Shown here: piece by piece, positions 1 to 9,573 of the stretch
Layout: each line of letters starts with the position of its first letter
Position numbering within the stretch: the stretch's first letter is position 1
Source of the DNA: Nitrospira sp.
Lineage (GTDB): Bacteria > Nitrospirota > Nitrospiria > Nitrospirales > Nitrospiraceae
Direction of reading: 5' to 3'
NCBI GenBank assembly: GCA_047150005.1
Contig: AP038806.1
Coordinates: 1,632,001 to 1,696,000, forward strand
Length of the DNA: 64,000 nucleotides
Notes under the pieces: generated by a model
What the model was told of the DNA's origin: nothing
The model's database searches: none
The model's input: the letters and a program-made list of their open reading frames with translations, nothing else
Position numbers and translations under genes: made by a program

Positions 1-176
1 CAGAACCGTCCCACAAAATATGCGACACAAGCGGCTATCGATCCGACAAACAGTTCTACCGGGCTCATGCCGGCATCTTCGCCTCCGTCCGGCACCGGTT
101 GATCCGTCACGAGATGATGACGGCCGCTGGTGATGTCGTACCGTACGCCCCCTTGATAGGTCGCGCGCAGTTTCAT
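1..176 (-). CDS. OsmC-family protein (5' part only; runs off window edge)
   Basis: Manual translation from ATG at 176: MKLRATYQGGVRYDITSGRHHLVTDQPVPDGGEDAGMSPVELFVGSIAAC, with the OsmC D-P-GG..G.SP.EL......C motif. Not in the ORF track. Confidence 0.85.
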   Translation of the reverse strand, partial: MKLRATYQGGVRYDITSGRHHLVTDQPVPDGGEDAGMSPVELFVGSIAACVAYFVGRF

Positions 177-238
177 AGTCCGGATCGCCCCCGTGGTCCC
201 GGTTTCCGATGTGAGCATGCGGCAGCTACGATGCCGCC

Positions 239-457
239 CTAGTGTTTGGCCGCGGGATTCGTCGCACAGGTATTGAGCCCCAGCAGCGCCCACAGCGGGC
301 AGAAGCTGATGGCTCCCGTCACCAACGCGATGGTTCCCACGACGAGCGCGACGCCTGTCACCATCGGAGACAAGCCGGCAAAAGCTCCGATCCCCAACAG
401 CAAGATGCCCAACAGAATCCGTACGGATCGTTCGACAGTTCCCACGTTGCATGGCAT
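239..457 (-). CDS. DUF2892 / YgaP-type small membrane protein
   Basis: NVGTVERSVRI, two TM helices, FCPLWALLGLNTC; AAGGAGG RBS upstream of ATG at 457. Confidence 0.85.
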   Translation of the reverse strand: MPCNVGTVERSVRILLGILLLGIGAFAGLSPMVTGVALVVGTIALVTGAISFCPLWALLGLNTCATNPAAKH

Positions 458-528
458 CAGGCACCTCCTTGTCATGTCCTACCTAACTCTGAGGCAGTAT
501 GGATCAGAAGGATTCATCGATCCAACAG

Positions 529-544
529 TGCGACGGTCATGCCA
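529..544 (-). promoter_or_regulatory. Putative sigma54 (-24/-12) promoter for DUF2892/osmC genes
   Basis: Minus strand TGGCATGACCGTCGCA, GG-N10-GC spacing; inverted repeat CTGGGG-N7-CCCCAG at 582-600 upstream. Confidence 0.5.
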
Positions 545-651
545 GGGGGACACGTTGGAGAACGAACGGGTTTTGAGGTGACTGGGGTCAAATTCCCCAG
601 GGCCGGAGGAAGAGCCGACGCAAGATGCCACAGCTGCGGCTTTTGATTCTC

Positions 652-1857
652 TCAATCCTGATCCAACAGTTCGTGGACCGATCGGGCGATCTCGCTTTCT
701 TCGTCAGTCGGGATCATGCGCACGGTCACCCGTCCGCCCTGTCCGGACAGCACCGGTTCGCCGGATTGGTTTCGCTGCGGATCGATGGTGATCCCCAGGA
801 ACTCGATGCCCTCGCAGATCCGCGCGCGAACCGGCGCCGCATGTTCGCCGATGCCGCCGCTGAAGACCAGTGTGTCCAATCCGCCCAACGCTGCGGCCAG
901 GGCTCCGACCGCCTTCTTGGCATGGTAACAGAAGAGCGCGACCGCTTCGGCGGCTCTGGGATCATCCGCTTCCTTCGCCAGCAAATCACGCATGTCCGGA
1001 CTAAGCTCGGACACACCGAGGAGCCCCGATTCCTCATTGACCATCCGGTGGAACCGCTCCACGTCCATCCCCTCCGTCCGGGCCAAGTAGGCAATGATCC
1101 CGGGATCCAAGTCGCCAGAACGGCGGCTCATGGGCAGCCCCGAGGTCGGTGTAAATCCCATCGTGGTTTCCACGCTGTTGCCTCGATGCACCGCTGTCAG
1201 ACTGGCTCCATTACCCAGATGGGCCAGGATGACTCGGCCGTCCGCTTCTCCGGCTTTCCCGACGCGCGCCAACTCTCGCATCAGAAAAGCGCAGGAGAGA
1301 CCATGAAATCCGTATCGCCGAAGTCCCTGCGCGTCGTAGCGCCGGGGAATCGGCAGCAGGGAGGCCACACGAGGTAGATCGTGGTGGAACGCCGTATCAA
1401 AACAGGCGAATTGAGGAAGGTGCGGACATCGTCGACCGACGGCTTCAATCAGGGAGATTTCCGACGGCAGGTGCTCTGGATCGTACGGACTGAGCCGTTC
1501 CAACTCCGTCAGCATACCCGGCGTGACACGTTCGGGTCGACTGTAGGTCAAACCGCCATGGACAATACGATGACCGACCGCGCGAATATGGTCGAGGCCG
1601 ACCGACTGCTCCAACCACCCCAGGACCAATTCCGCACCGGCGGTATGGTCGGGGACTGACAGCGTCCGACGCTCGGTCTCACCATCCATCCGTGGGATGA
1701 CGTCCATCGTGCTGTCCGGAAATCCGATCCGACTGACCAGGCAGCGTACCACTGGAATCAGATTGTTTCCGTTTCGGAAGAGGGCGACTTTGAGGCTGGA
1801 GGAACCTCCGTTGACAGTGAGAAGGAAGGGGCCGGAGCCGAATGCCGATCGCGCCAT
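652..1857 (-). CDS. ackA: Acetate/propionate kinase
   Basis: NGGSSSLK, GHRIVHGG, FDTAFH, RRYGFHGLS, HLGNGAS, GGIGE, PTDEE motifs. Confidence 0.93.
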   Translation of the reverse strand: MARSAFGSGPFLLTVNGGSSSLKVALFRNGNNLIPVVRCLVSRIGFPDSTMDVIPRMDGETERRTLSVPDHTAGAELVLGWLEQSVGLDHIRAVGHRIVHGGLTYSRPERVTPGMLTELERLSPYDPEHLPSEISLIEAVGRRCPHLPQFACFDTAFHHDLPRVASLLPIPRRYDAQGLRRYGFHGLSCAFLMRELARVGKAGEADGRVILAHLGNGASLTAVHRGNSVETTMGFTPTSGLPMSRRSGDLDPGIIAYLARTEGMDVERFHRMVNEESGLLGVSELSPDMRDLLAKEADDPRAAEAVALFCYHAKKAVGALAAALGGLDTLVFSGGIGEHAAPVRARICEGIEFLGITIDPQRNQSGEPVLSGQGGRVTVRMIPTDEESEIARSVHELLDQD

Positions 1858-2079
1858 GTTCAGATGTCCGGTACGGTACCGCCGTGAACGTTCCTTGCCG
1901 AAGATCGGGTACGATTCACCGAGTCTTCCATCATCATAATAGAAAGTGAGCAGGGAATAGGCAATCGGTCATGGACTGAGAGGCCGTTCGGCGCTGCCTG
2001 CGGGAGACCGATCGGAATGGGAGGTGCTTATCAAAGCCTGTGAGATTCGCTACTATGTCATGCCGATCATCGCCATGGT

Positions 2080-3546
2080 TTGGAGAGCAGGATGCGGATC
2101 ACGTCGCCACTCCTCCTGTCGCTCGCTCTCGTCGGTTCATTGCTCTGTCTCTTTGTGTTGACCGGAGTCTTGCAGGCCCAATGGCCAGAGTGGCGATGGC
2201 ATCAGATGCCGCTCCACTCGACCATGGAAGCGCTCGGCGGACTGGCCTCGATCGCCATGGCGGTCATCCTGCTGCAGAAGCACAGCGAACGTGCCGGTCG
2301 TCGGTTGCGTGCTCCTGCGGCGGGGTTCCTCGGCATGGGCATCCTGGAGTTGTTTCACGCGACGGCGCAGCCGGGCGACGGGTTCGTCGTATTGCGGAAC
2401 ATGGCGAGCTTCATCGGCAGTGCCGGATTCGTGATGCTCTGTCGTCGTCGGCCCGATCAAGACGAGTCGGGACGAGCCTGGTTGCCCTGGGGCGTCACGG
2501 CCGGCGCGACGCTCTTCGGGATATTGACGATCGCGTATCCCGATCGGATTCCCGAGATGATTCGGAACGGGGAATTTACCCCGACGGCGGTGGCGCCGCA
2601 AAGTCTCGCCTGTCTATGCTTTCTCGCGGCTTCGGCGCGGCTGCTGTGGGACTATCGGCAATCGGCCGGCAGAGAGGATCTGGTCCTGGCCTCCCTGGCA
2701 GGTCTGTTCGGGGTGGCGGAACTGGTGTTCATGTACTCGATTCCGTGGGATGGCCGTTGGTGGTTCTGGCACGGCCTGCGCCTGGCTGCGTATCTGCTCG
2801 TATTGGGGGAGGTCGGCCGGGGCTACCTCCGTACGATCTCGGATTTGAACCGGTCCTTGGAGCATACGACGGTGGTCCAGCGAGCACTACGGGAAAGTGA
2901 GCAAGACCTCCGGCGCAGTCTCGAGGATCGGGAACGGATCGCCCAGAATCTTCATGACGGCATCATCCAATCGCTTTATGCGGTCACCTTGAGCCTCGAA
3001 CGGTGCCAACGTTTCGTGACGGATCGGACCGGCGACGTCGTCGGTCTGCTGGGATCGGCCATTGCCGATCTCAAACTCGTCATCCGTGACTTGAGAGGTT
3101 ATCTGGTCGGACTGGAGCAGCCGATCCTCAACGGACGCGAGCTGGAAGCCGCATTCGGTTCCCTGGTACGGAGTATGGCGGGCCCGGCGCACCCGCTCTT
3201 CCGGTTGGTGATCGATCCGACGGCGGCCGACTTGGTCACACCCGAGCAGGCGGCGCACCTGTTGGCAGTCGCCCGGGAGGCGGTGAGCAACAGTCTCCGC
3301 CACTCCGGAGCCAGAACCGGCACGGTGTCGCTGTGCATGGATGCGGGCCACGTGCGTCTGATCGTGGAAGACGATGGAACGGGATGCCGGCCGCCGGCTT
3401 CCCATGACCAGGGACATGGGCTCAAGAATATGGCGGCCCGCGCCAGGGCGCTCAAGGGGAGGTTCGACATTTTGTCCGAGCCGGATCGCGGAACGCGCGT
3501 TATTTTCGATCTGCCTGATCACGAGGCGTCGCATGCGTCGGCCTGA
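2080..3546 (+). CDS. Multi-TM sensor histidine kinase (HisKA_3, NarX-like)
   Basis: About 7 TM segments, then ERIAQNLHDGIIQSL H-box, EAVSNSLRHS N-box, DDGTG and GHGLKNM. Confidence 0.9.
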   Translation: MESRMRITSPLLLSLALVGSLLCLFVLTGVLQAQWPEWRWHQMPLHSTMEALGGLASIAMAVILLQKHSERAGRRLRAPAAGFLGMGILELFHATAQPGDGFVVLRNMASFIGSAGFVMLCRRRPDQDESGRAWLPWGVTAGATLFGILTIAYPDRIPEMIRNGEFTPTAVAPQSLACLCFLAASARLLWDYRQSAGREDLVLASLAGLFGVAELVFMYSIPWDGRWWFWHGLRLAAYLLVLGEVGRGYLRTISDLNRSLEHTTVVQRALRESEQDLRRSLEDRERIAQNLHDGIIQSLYAVTLSLERCQRFVTDRTGDVVGLLGSAIADLKLVIRDLRGYLVGLEQPILNGRELEAAFGSLVRSMAGPAHPLFRLVIDPTAADLVTPEQAAHLLAVAREAVSNSLRHSGARTGTVSLCMDAGHVRLIVEDDGTGCRPPASHDQGHGLKNMAARARALKGRFDILSEPDRGTRVIFDLPDHEASHASA

Positions 3547-4195
3547 GGCCAAAACGATCCGACTGTTGCTGGTGGACGACCATGAGGTGCTGCGCATCGG
3601 CTTGCGCACGCTGTTTACCGAAGCCGGCGGGTTCGATGTCGTCGGAGAAGCCGGAACCGTGGCCGGCGCGGTCGCCGAGGCCCTGCGGCTCAAGCCGGAT
3701 ATCGCGCTGATGGATGTACGCCTGCCGGACGGCAGTGGAATCGAGGCCTGCCGATCGATTCGCGCAGCGCAGCCGGACATCGCCGTGCTGTTTCTGACCT
3801 CCTTTGCGGACGACAACGCGGTGCTGGCGACGATATTGGCCGGTGCCGGCGGATTTCTCCTCAAGGAGGTCGGCGGCGAGCAACTGATCAACGCGGTGAA
3901 GATGGTTGCCGGCGGTCAATCGATTCTGGATCGCGGCGCAACGCAGCGGGTGCTGGCCCATGTACAGACGATGACGGGCGGGACCGCCGCGGACCAGCGG
4001 GATCCGCTCTCGCCCCAGGAGCAGCGGGTCTTGGCGCTGGTGGCCGAAGGGCTGACCAACAAGGAAATCGCCGCCTCGCTTTCGCTGAGCGACAAGACGG
4101 TCGGCAACTATCTCAGTCATATCTTCCAGAAGCTTCACGTGACGCGCCGCACGCAGGCGGCGATGTACTTCACGCAACGACTTCCCAACAAATAG
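3533..4195 (+). CDS. NarL/DevR-family response regulator
   Basis: LLLVDDHEV, MDVRLPDGSG REC domain; LSPQEQRVL..GLTNKEIA LuxR HTH; overlaps kinase stop. Confidence 0.93.
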   Translation: MRRPEAKTIRLLLVDDHEVLRIGLRTLFTEAGGFDVVGEAGTVAGAVAEALRLKPDIALMDVRLPDGSGIEACRSIRAAQPDIAVLFLTSFADDNAVLATILAGAGGFLLKEVGGEQLINAVKMVAGGQSILDRGATQRVLAHVQTMTGGTAADQRDPLSPQEQRVLALVAEGLTNKEIAASLSLSDKTVGNYLSHIFQKLHVTRRTQAAMYFTQRLPNK

Positions 4196-4202
4196 AGGCG
4201 TT

Positions 4203-4222
4203 TTCCCCTATCGATAGGGGAA
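4203..4222. promoter_or_regulatory. Perfect 20-bp palindrome (terminator or operator)
   Basis: TTCCCCTATCGATAGGGGAA directly after the regulator stop and upstream of the DsrE gene. Confidence 0.45.
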
Positions 4223-4328
4223 GAAAAGTCGGCAGCGTCGGGGATCTCTCCTCTGTCGCTCCGGCCGGTGAATGGATAGGCTGTGCCCAGAAACCTTGCA
4301 ACAAGCCGTTCATCACAAGGAGGAACCC

Positions 4329-4802
4329 ATGAGGATGCCATCGATCATGCAGGTACCGGGAATCGCGCTGGCGCTGGTTGCCATCGGCGTTATGGCGGGC
4401 TGGTCGAGTCCGTCTCACGCCGCGGATGGAGTTCCCAATGAAAAGGTCAAGGTGCTGTACCACGTCGACGGGAAGGATCCGGAGGTCGCGAAATACGCGC
4501 TGGCGCTCATCAACAAACACATCGATGCGGAAGGAGGCCCGGACAAGATCGACGTGGAGCTGGTCGTCCACGGCCCCGCGCTCGAGCTCTTCGAGAAAGA
4601 CAACATGGATGCCGAGATGGCGAAGCGGTTCGGCCAGATCATCGAAAAGGGCGCCAAGGCCGAGATGTGCCAGGTGTCCATGAAGGCCTTCGGGAAGACG
4701 ATCGACAACTTGGCGAAGGGATTCGTTGCGACGTTGCACCCGGTTGCCGTCAAACGGATCGCGGATCTTCAGAAGGAAGGCTACCTCTACATCAAGCCGT
4801 AA
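4329..4802 (+). CDS. Secreted DsrE/DsrF-like protein
   Basis: Signal peptide ending SHA-A; KVLYHVD, ELVVHGPAL, EMCQVSM, LQKEGYLYIKP; AAGGAGG RBS. Confidence 0.85.
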   Translation: MRMPSIMQVPGIALALVAIGVMAGWSSPSHAADGVPNEKVKVLYHVDGKDPEVAKYALALINKHIDAEGGPDKIDVELVVHGPALELFEKDNMDAEMAKRFGQIIEKGAKAEMCQVSMKAFGKTIDNLAKGFVATLHPVAVKRIADLQKEGYLYIKP

Positions 4803-4821
4803 CATAAGGAGGACCGCGATC

Positions 4822-5343
4822 ATGTCTCGCATCACCGCAGCCATCCTTGGTCTGGTCATCGGGCTGGCCGAGCCGGCGGGATTCGGTGTCGGAACGGGAG
4901 TACCGGCGGCCGACGCGGCGTCCAGCGTCGCGCCGGCCTTCGAACTGGTGACCCTGTCGGGAGAGGCCTACAGTCATGCCTCACTCAGAGGTAAACCGGC
5001 GCTCCTGGTTTTCTGGGCTCCCTGGTGCAAGGTCTGTCAACGCGAGCTGCCGGCCCTTGCGTCGTTTTACGAACGAGACAGGCCAAGCGCGCTTCAGGTC
5101 GTGTCGATCGGATTTGCCGACACGAGGAGCAATGTCGAAGCCTTCGTGAAAGAGCGCGCCGCCACCTTCGTCTTTCCCACGGCCTACGATGAAGACCGCT
5201 GGACGGCTCAGGTCTTCAAGGTCAATGCCACGCCGACCTATGTGTTGCTGGACGCCCGTGGCGACATTGTGTTGGTCCATCGTGGAGGCGGGATTCTCCA
5301 GAATCCTCAGTTTCGAGAGTTCCTCTCGACGCTCAAAGGATGA
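4822..5343 (+). CDS. TlpA/ResA-like thiol:disulfide oxidoreductase
   Basis: APAFEL..GKPALLVFWAPWCKVC, ATPTYVLLD; signal/anchor; AGGAGG RBS. Confidence 0.88.
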   Translation: MSRITAAILGLVIGLAEPAGFGVGTGVPAADAASSVAPAFELVTLSGEAYSHASLRGKPALLVFWAPWCKVCQRELPALASFYERDRPSALQVVSIGFADTRSNVEAFVKERAATFVFPTAYDEDRWTAQVFKVNATPTYVLLDARGDIVLVHRGGGILQNPQFREFLSTLKG

Positions 5344-5643
5344 CGTGATCCCTCGACAGCGGGAGAGAATGCCGACACCCTGGCCGACGGCGTGACGTGG
5401 CTGGCCTTTTACGCGCTGGGACTGGGGCTGCCGCTGCTGGCGGCGGCGCTGGGATCGGACCGCTGCCTCGTCTATCTGAAGCAGGCGGGGCCCTGCTCGA
5501 ACCTGCTGTCGAAAGCAAGCGGCATGCTTCTTATTGTGTTCGGAGCTGTGCTGTACGCCAATGCCTTCTCGAACGTGACCGCCTTCTTCGAACGGAACGG
5601 GATCGGCGTGTCGGTGGATCTGGAGGACGGTCCGCCTGACTAA
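5344..5643 (+). pseudogene. ccdA: C-terminal remnant of CcdA (cytochrome c biogenesis / DsbD-TM)
   Basis: DGVTWLAFYALGLGLPLLAAAL...SGMLLIVFG matches the last two CcdA helices; N-terminal PC motifs absent. Confidence 0.65.
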
Positions 5644-6128
5644 TCGCTGCGGGCCAACACGGCGGCGGCGACGAGCACCGCGAGCGCAGTCAGAAGCGCC
5701 AGGCGCGGAACCAATCGGGATGCGCTCAGCAGGAGCAGATCCTGCGTCGTACGAGCCGCGGCCGGCTGCGAGCCGATGCGGAGAACGCGGGGGCCGAGGA
5801 GGAGGTCATGCAAGAACGTGAACAGGAGGAGCAGGCCAACGAGCGTCAGCTTCACACATAGGACGTAGGGCCACGACGACGGCTCCGTGATGGATAGCCC
5901 TCTGGCTTCCAGCAGCAGCGGACCGGTCCCGATCAGGATGACGATCGTCAGTCGGACGACGAGCCGAAAGCGGCGGGCGGCCATGCCGAACAAGACCTTG
6001 AAGGAGGATGGGTCGTCGGCCTGCCGCAACAGCGGTGCCAGGACCAACGATAGAAACAGCATGCCGCCGATCCATGTGACGGCGGCGCCGATGTGCAGGG
6101 AGATGAGAACCAACGAGAGATCGGACAT
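5640..6128 (-). CDS. CopD/DUF4149-like membrane protein
   Basis: LHIGAAVTWIGGMLF, KLTLV...LHDLLLGP; 4 TM helices. Confidence 0.8.
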   Translation of the reverse strand: MSDLSLVLISLHIGAAVTWIGGMLFLSLVLAPLLRQADDPSSFKVLFGMAARRFRLVVRLTIVILIGTGPLLLEARGLSITEPSSWPYVLCVKLTLVGLLLLFTFLHDLLLGPRVLRIGSQPAAARTTQDLLLLSASRLVPRLALLTALAVLVAAAVLARSD

Positions 6129-6384
6129 CAGCAATCAGTTACGCATCGTAGCAATGGCAGGTCGTCGACGTTTGCCGCTGCCGTACCGGCTCGCGTTCAG
6201 GAGGTACGCTTCGAGACCATACGTGATTCCCGGTCGATCCTCAAGGACCGATCCGGCTTCGAACCGGCCGGTGCGAGGACGCGATCCCCTGTGCTCCCGT
6301 CTTGGTTCGGCTGAGACTGATTGAGCGCGGGATCGGAACGGAGGTGTGCTGACCTACCGTGGCGCGACGGAGGCCGCATCGCGC

Positions 6385-8211
6385 TCACCGCTTGTCCATG
6401 ATGGCGTTCAATTCCGCTCCGGTGATGACCTCCCGCTCCAGCAGAAGCTTGGCCCCTTCTTCCAGGGCCGCCTTTCTCTCGGCGAGAAGCCGTTTCGCGC
6501 GCTCATACTGTCCATCGATGATCCGCCGAACTTCACAATCAATTTCCCGGGCAGTCTCTTCCGAATAGTCACCCTTTTCGGCAGGACCCTGGATCTGCAT
6601 GAATTGGGGCTGCCGCTCCTGTTCCAGGGTTACTGTGCCGATCTTTTCGCTCATGCCGTAGGCCTTCACCATGCTTTTTGCGATGTCGGTTGCCTTCAAC
6701 AGATCGTTCTGTGCGCCGGTGGAGGCCTCGCCGAACATCAACTCCTCGGCGGTCCGGCCCCCGAGGAGAACGGCGATCTTGTTCTCCAATTCGGACTTGG
6801 CCATGAGGAAGCGGTCTTCCGTGGGAAGTTGGAGCGTGTAGCCGAGTGCGGAGATTCCGCGTGGAATAATCGAGATCTTCTGCACCTGATCGGATCCCGG
6901 AATGGACAGCGCGACCAACGCATGTCCCGTTTCATGGTAGGCGACCCGTTCCTTCTCCATCTTGTTGAGCACGCGGTTTTTCTTCTCCAGGCCGGCGATC
7001 ACGCGCTCGACCGCTTCCTGCAACTCTTCGCTCCCGACGCGGTCTTTCCCCCGCCGGACGGCCAGGAGGGCGGATTCGTTGATCACGTTGGCGAGGTCTG
7101 CGCCGGAAAACCCTGGTGTCATGCCGGCGATGACTCCGAGGTCGGCGTCCGGCCCCAGCGCAACCGACCGCGCATGGACCTTGAGAATGGCGAGCCGGCC
7201 GTTCTTGTCCGGGCGGTCTACGAGGACGTGCCGGTCGAATCGTCCGGCTCGGAGCAGCGCGGGATCGAGGATTTCCGGACGATTGGTGGCGGCCATGAGG
7301 ATGACGCCGATGCGCGGGTCGAATCCGTCCATCTCAACGAGCAGTTGGTTGAGCGTCTGCTCTCGCTCCTCGTGGGCCATCGGCCCCATCCCCCTCGCCT
7401 TGCCGAGGGCGTCCAGCTCGTCGATGAAGATGATGCAGGGCGCCTTGCTCTTGGCCTGCTCGAAGAGGTCGCGTACCCGGGCCGCTCCGACCCCCACGAA
7501 CATCTCGACGAATTCGGAGCCGCTGATGCTGAAAAACGGCACGCCGGATTCGCCCGCGACAGCCCGAGCCAGCAAGGTTTTGCCGGTGCCAGGGGGACCG
7601 ACCAACAGAATCCCCTTCGGAATCTTGCCGCCCAGTTTCGTGAACTTCTCCGGGGTCTTGAGGAATTCCACTACTTCTTGCAGTTCCTCCTTGGCTTCGT
7701 CCACGCCGGCCACGTCGGCGAAGGTGACCTTGATGTCCTTCTCCATGTAGATCTTGGCCTTCGACTGGCCGACCCGCATGAAGCCGCCCTGTGCTTGTCC
7801 GAGGCGCTGGATGAAGAAGAACCAGATGCCGACGAAGACGAGCGCGGGCAGGACCCACGAGAGGAGATCGCGCAGGAACGTAGATTCAATGACGCCGGTG
7901 ACCGTGACCCCGTGTTGACTGAGGTCGCGCACCAAGTCGGGATCTTCGATCCGAATTGTCGTGAAGCGCGTCGATTCCTGAGTCGTGTCTTTCGATGCTC
8001 CCTTGGCCTCCTCTCCTGACCGTGATGTCCCGGTGATGGTTTGGGCGCTGACCGCGACCTCGGTGACCTTGTTTTCGGCAACCAGCGTCTTAAAGCGGCT
8101 GTACGGAATCTCTTCGATCTTGTTCACCGTGGAAATAAAATCGTGCAGAAGAATGACGGCCCAGATCGCGAGGAAGACGTACCAAATGGAAAATGAGACT
8201 TTCTTGTTCAT
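6385..8211 (-). CDS. ftsH: ATP-dependent zinc metalloprotease FtsH
   Basis: 2 [41 protein letters not shown] zinc motif. Confidence 0.97.
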   Translation of the reverse strand: MNKKVSFSIWYVFLAIWAVILLHDFISTVNKIEEIPYSRFKTLVAENKVTEVAVSAQTITGTSRSGEEAKGASKDTTQESTRFTTIRIEDPDLVRDLSQHGVTVTGVIESTFLRDLLSWVLPALVFVGIWFFFIQRLGQAQGGFMRVGQSKAKIYMEKDIKVTFADVAGVDEAKEELQEVVEFLKTPEKFTKLGGKIPKGILLVGPPGTGKTLLARAVAGESGVPFFSISGSEFVEMFVGVGAARVRDLFEQAKSKAPCIIFIDELDALGKARGMGPMAHEEREQTLNQLLVEMDGFDPRIGVILMAATNRPEILDPALLRAGRFDRHVLVDRPDKNGRLAILKVHARSVALGPDADLGVIAGMTPGFSGADLANVINESALLAVRRGKDRVGSEELQEAVERVIAGLEKKNRVLNKMEKERVAYHETGHALVALSIPGSDQVQKISIIPRGISALGYTLQLPTEDRFLMAKSELENKIAVLLGGRTAEELMFGEASTGAQNDLLKATDIAKSMVKAYGMSEKIGTVTLEQERQPQFMQIQGPAEKGDYSEETAREIDCEVRRIIDGQYERAKRLLAERKAALEEGAKLLLEREVITGAELNAIMDKR

Positions 8212-8403
8212 ACGTGCCGATCCGCCGGAACCGCCTCCGGCATGAGCGATGTCAGCTTATACTCGTGCGATCTCGACCTTCACGGCGGGCTCCCGCTCGA
8301 GTATACGGCGGACAATGGGAGCGATTGCAATCGCGATCCTCCATGCGAGCCGGGCGAGCCGGCCGGGGGATTCTTCAGCGGCCTGCGGGGTCCCCTCAAA
8401 GGA

Positions 8404-9573
8404 CTATTCGAATTGTCGCCGGAACCGCCACATCCCGAAGGCGAACAGTCCCCCGCCCAACAGCGCCATGGTTCCCACGGACTTCCACAGGAGGTCGAGC
8501 CCGGCGCCTTTCAAGAGGACGCCGTAGGTGATGTCGATGTAATACCGAAGCGGCGAGATCGCCATGACCGTCTGCACCCACGTGGGCATGGATTCGTACG
8601 GGGTCGTGATGCCGGACAGCAACATCATCGGACCCACGAGGAACAGCGTGATCATGCCGACCTGCGCCTGGTTCCTCGTGACCGTGGCCGCGGCCAGACC
8701 GAATCCCGACGTGGTAAAGATGTGCAGGCCTGTGAGGAGAAAGAACAGCCACGCCGACCCCTTCATCGGGACATGAAACACCGGCCGCAGGACACCATAC
8801 ACCGCGATGGAGGCGCAGAGCAGGATGACGGCGGTCATCGCCAGGACTTTTGACAGCATGATCTGAACGGGCGAGAGCGGTGAGACGAGCAGCTGCTCGA
8901 GGGTGCCCCGTTCCTTCTCGCGTACCAGGGCTACCGCCGGCAAGAGCACGGCGAAAATCGTGATCATGCGCAACAACTGGGAGATGGACTGGAACCAGGT
9001 CTCGTCCTGGTTCGGGTTGAACCACACGCGATGGGCGCTCACGACCATGGGTATGGCGGACTGCGTCGAGCCAAGACCGATGGAGGCGAGCCCGACTTCG
9101 GAGCCGAATCGGCTGACGATTTGTGCCGCATAGCCGGCGGCCGACAGACCTTGCGGCGCATTGGTGGTGTCCACCAACATCTGCACGGCCGTGGCTTCAC
9201 GCCCGGCCAGGGCCTCATGAAAGCGGGGCGGAATGTCCAACAGGACCATGGCTTTCCCTTCATCCAGGCGCCGGCGTCCGTCCCGCGGATCGGCGATTTC
9301 ACCGTTGAAGCGGAAGTAGGGCTGCTGAAAGCGGTGAATCAGCTCGCGCGAGGATAGACTGTGATCTGCGTCGTGCACCAGCAGATCGGCGTTCCGCAAC
9401 TGCATCGTGAGGCCGACACCGCTGACATAGACGGAAAGCGAGAACGAATACAGCAGAAACAGAAGCAGCGGGAGATCCCGTCCCAGTTGCAGCACTTCCT
9501 TCTGGGTCATGGCCGCAAGACGACGCCACCATCTGGCAGCGCGATGGCCGCTCATCGGAATGCCTCCTGTCAT
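8404..9573 (-). CDS. ABC-2 exporter permease (YbhR/YhhJ-like)
   Basis: VREKERGTLEQLLVSP, LSGITTPYESMP..SPLRYY; start inferred at ATG 9573 overlapping upstream stop. Confidence 0.88.
   Translation of the reverse strand: MTGGIPMSGHRAARWWRRLAAMTQKEVLQLGRDLPLLLFLLYSFSLSVYVSGVGLTMQLRNADLLVHDADHSLSSRELIHRFQQPYFRFNGEIADPRDGRRRLDEGKAMVLLDIPPRFHEALAGREATAVQMLVDTTNAPQGLSAAGYAAQIVSRFGSEVGLASIGLGSTQSAIPMVVSAHRVWFNPNQDETWFQSISQLLRMITIFAVLLPAVALVREKERGTLEQLLVSPLSPVQIMLSKVLAMTAVILLCASIAVYGVLRPVFHVPMKGSAWLFFLLTGLHIFTTSGFGLAAATVTRNQAQVGMITLFLVGPMMLLSGITTPYESMPTWVQTVMAISPLRYYIDITYGVLLKGAGLDLLWKSVGTMALLGGGLFAFGMWRFRRQFE

Noticed and set aside
5341..5343. Selenocysteine or readthrough at the TlpA TGA
   Set aside because: The TGA is at the natural TlpA C-terminus, far from CxxC; no convincing SECIS seen; the downstream CcdA part is incomplete.
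6346..8019. Long antisense ORFs (also 14110-15678, 34313-35884, 40772-42469, 46315-48222, 51611-53203, 53487-55397)
   Set aside because: Shadow frames opposite well-supported genes in GC-rich DNA; no recognisable motifs.
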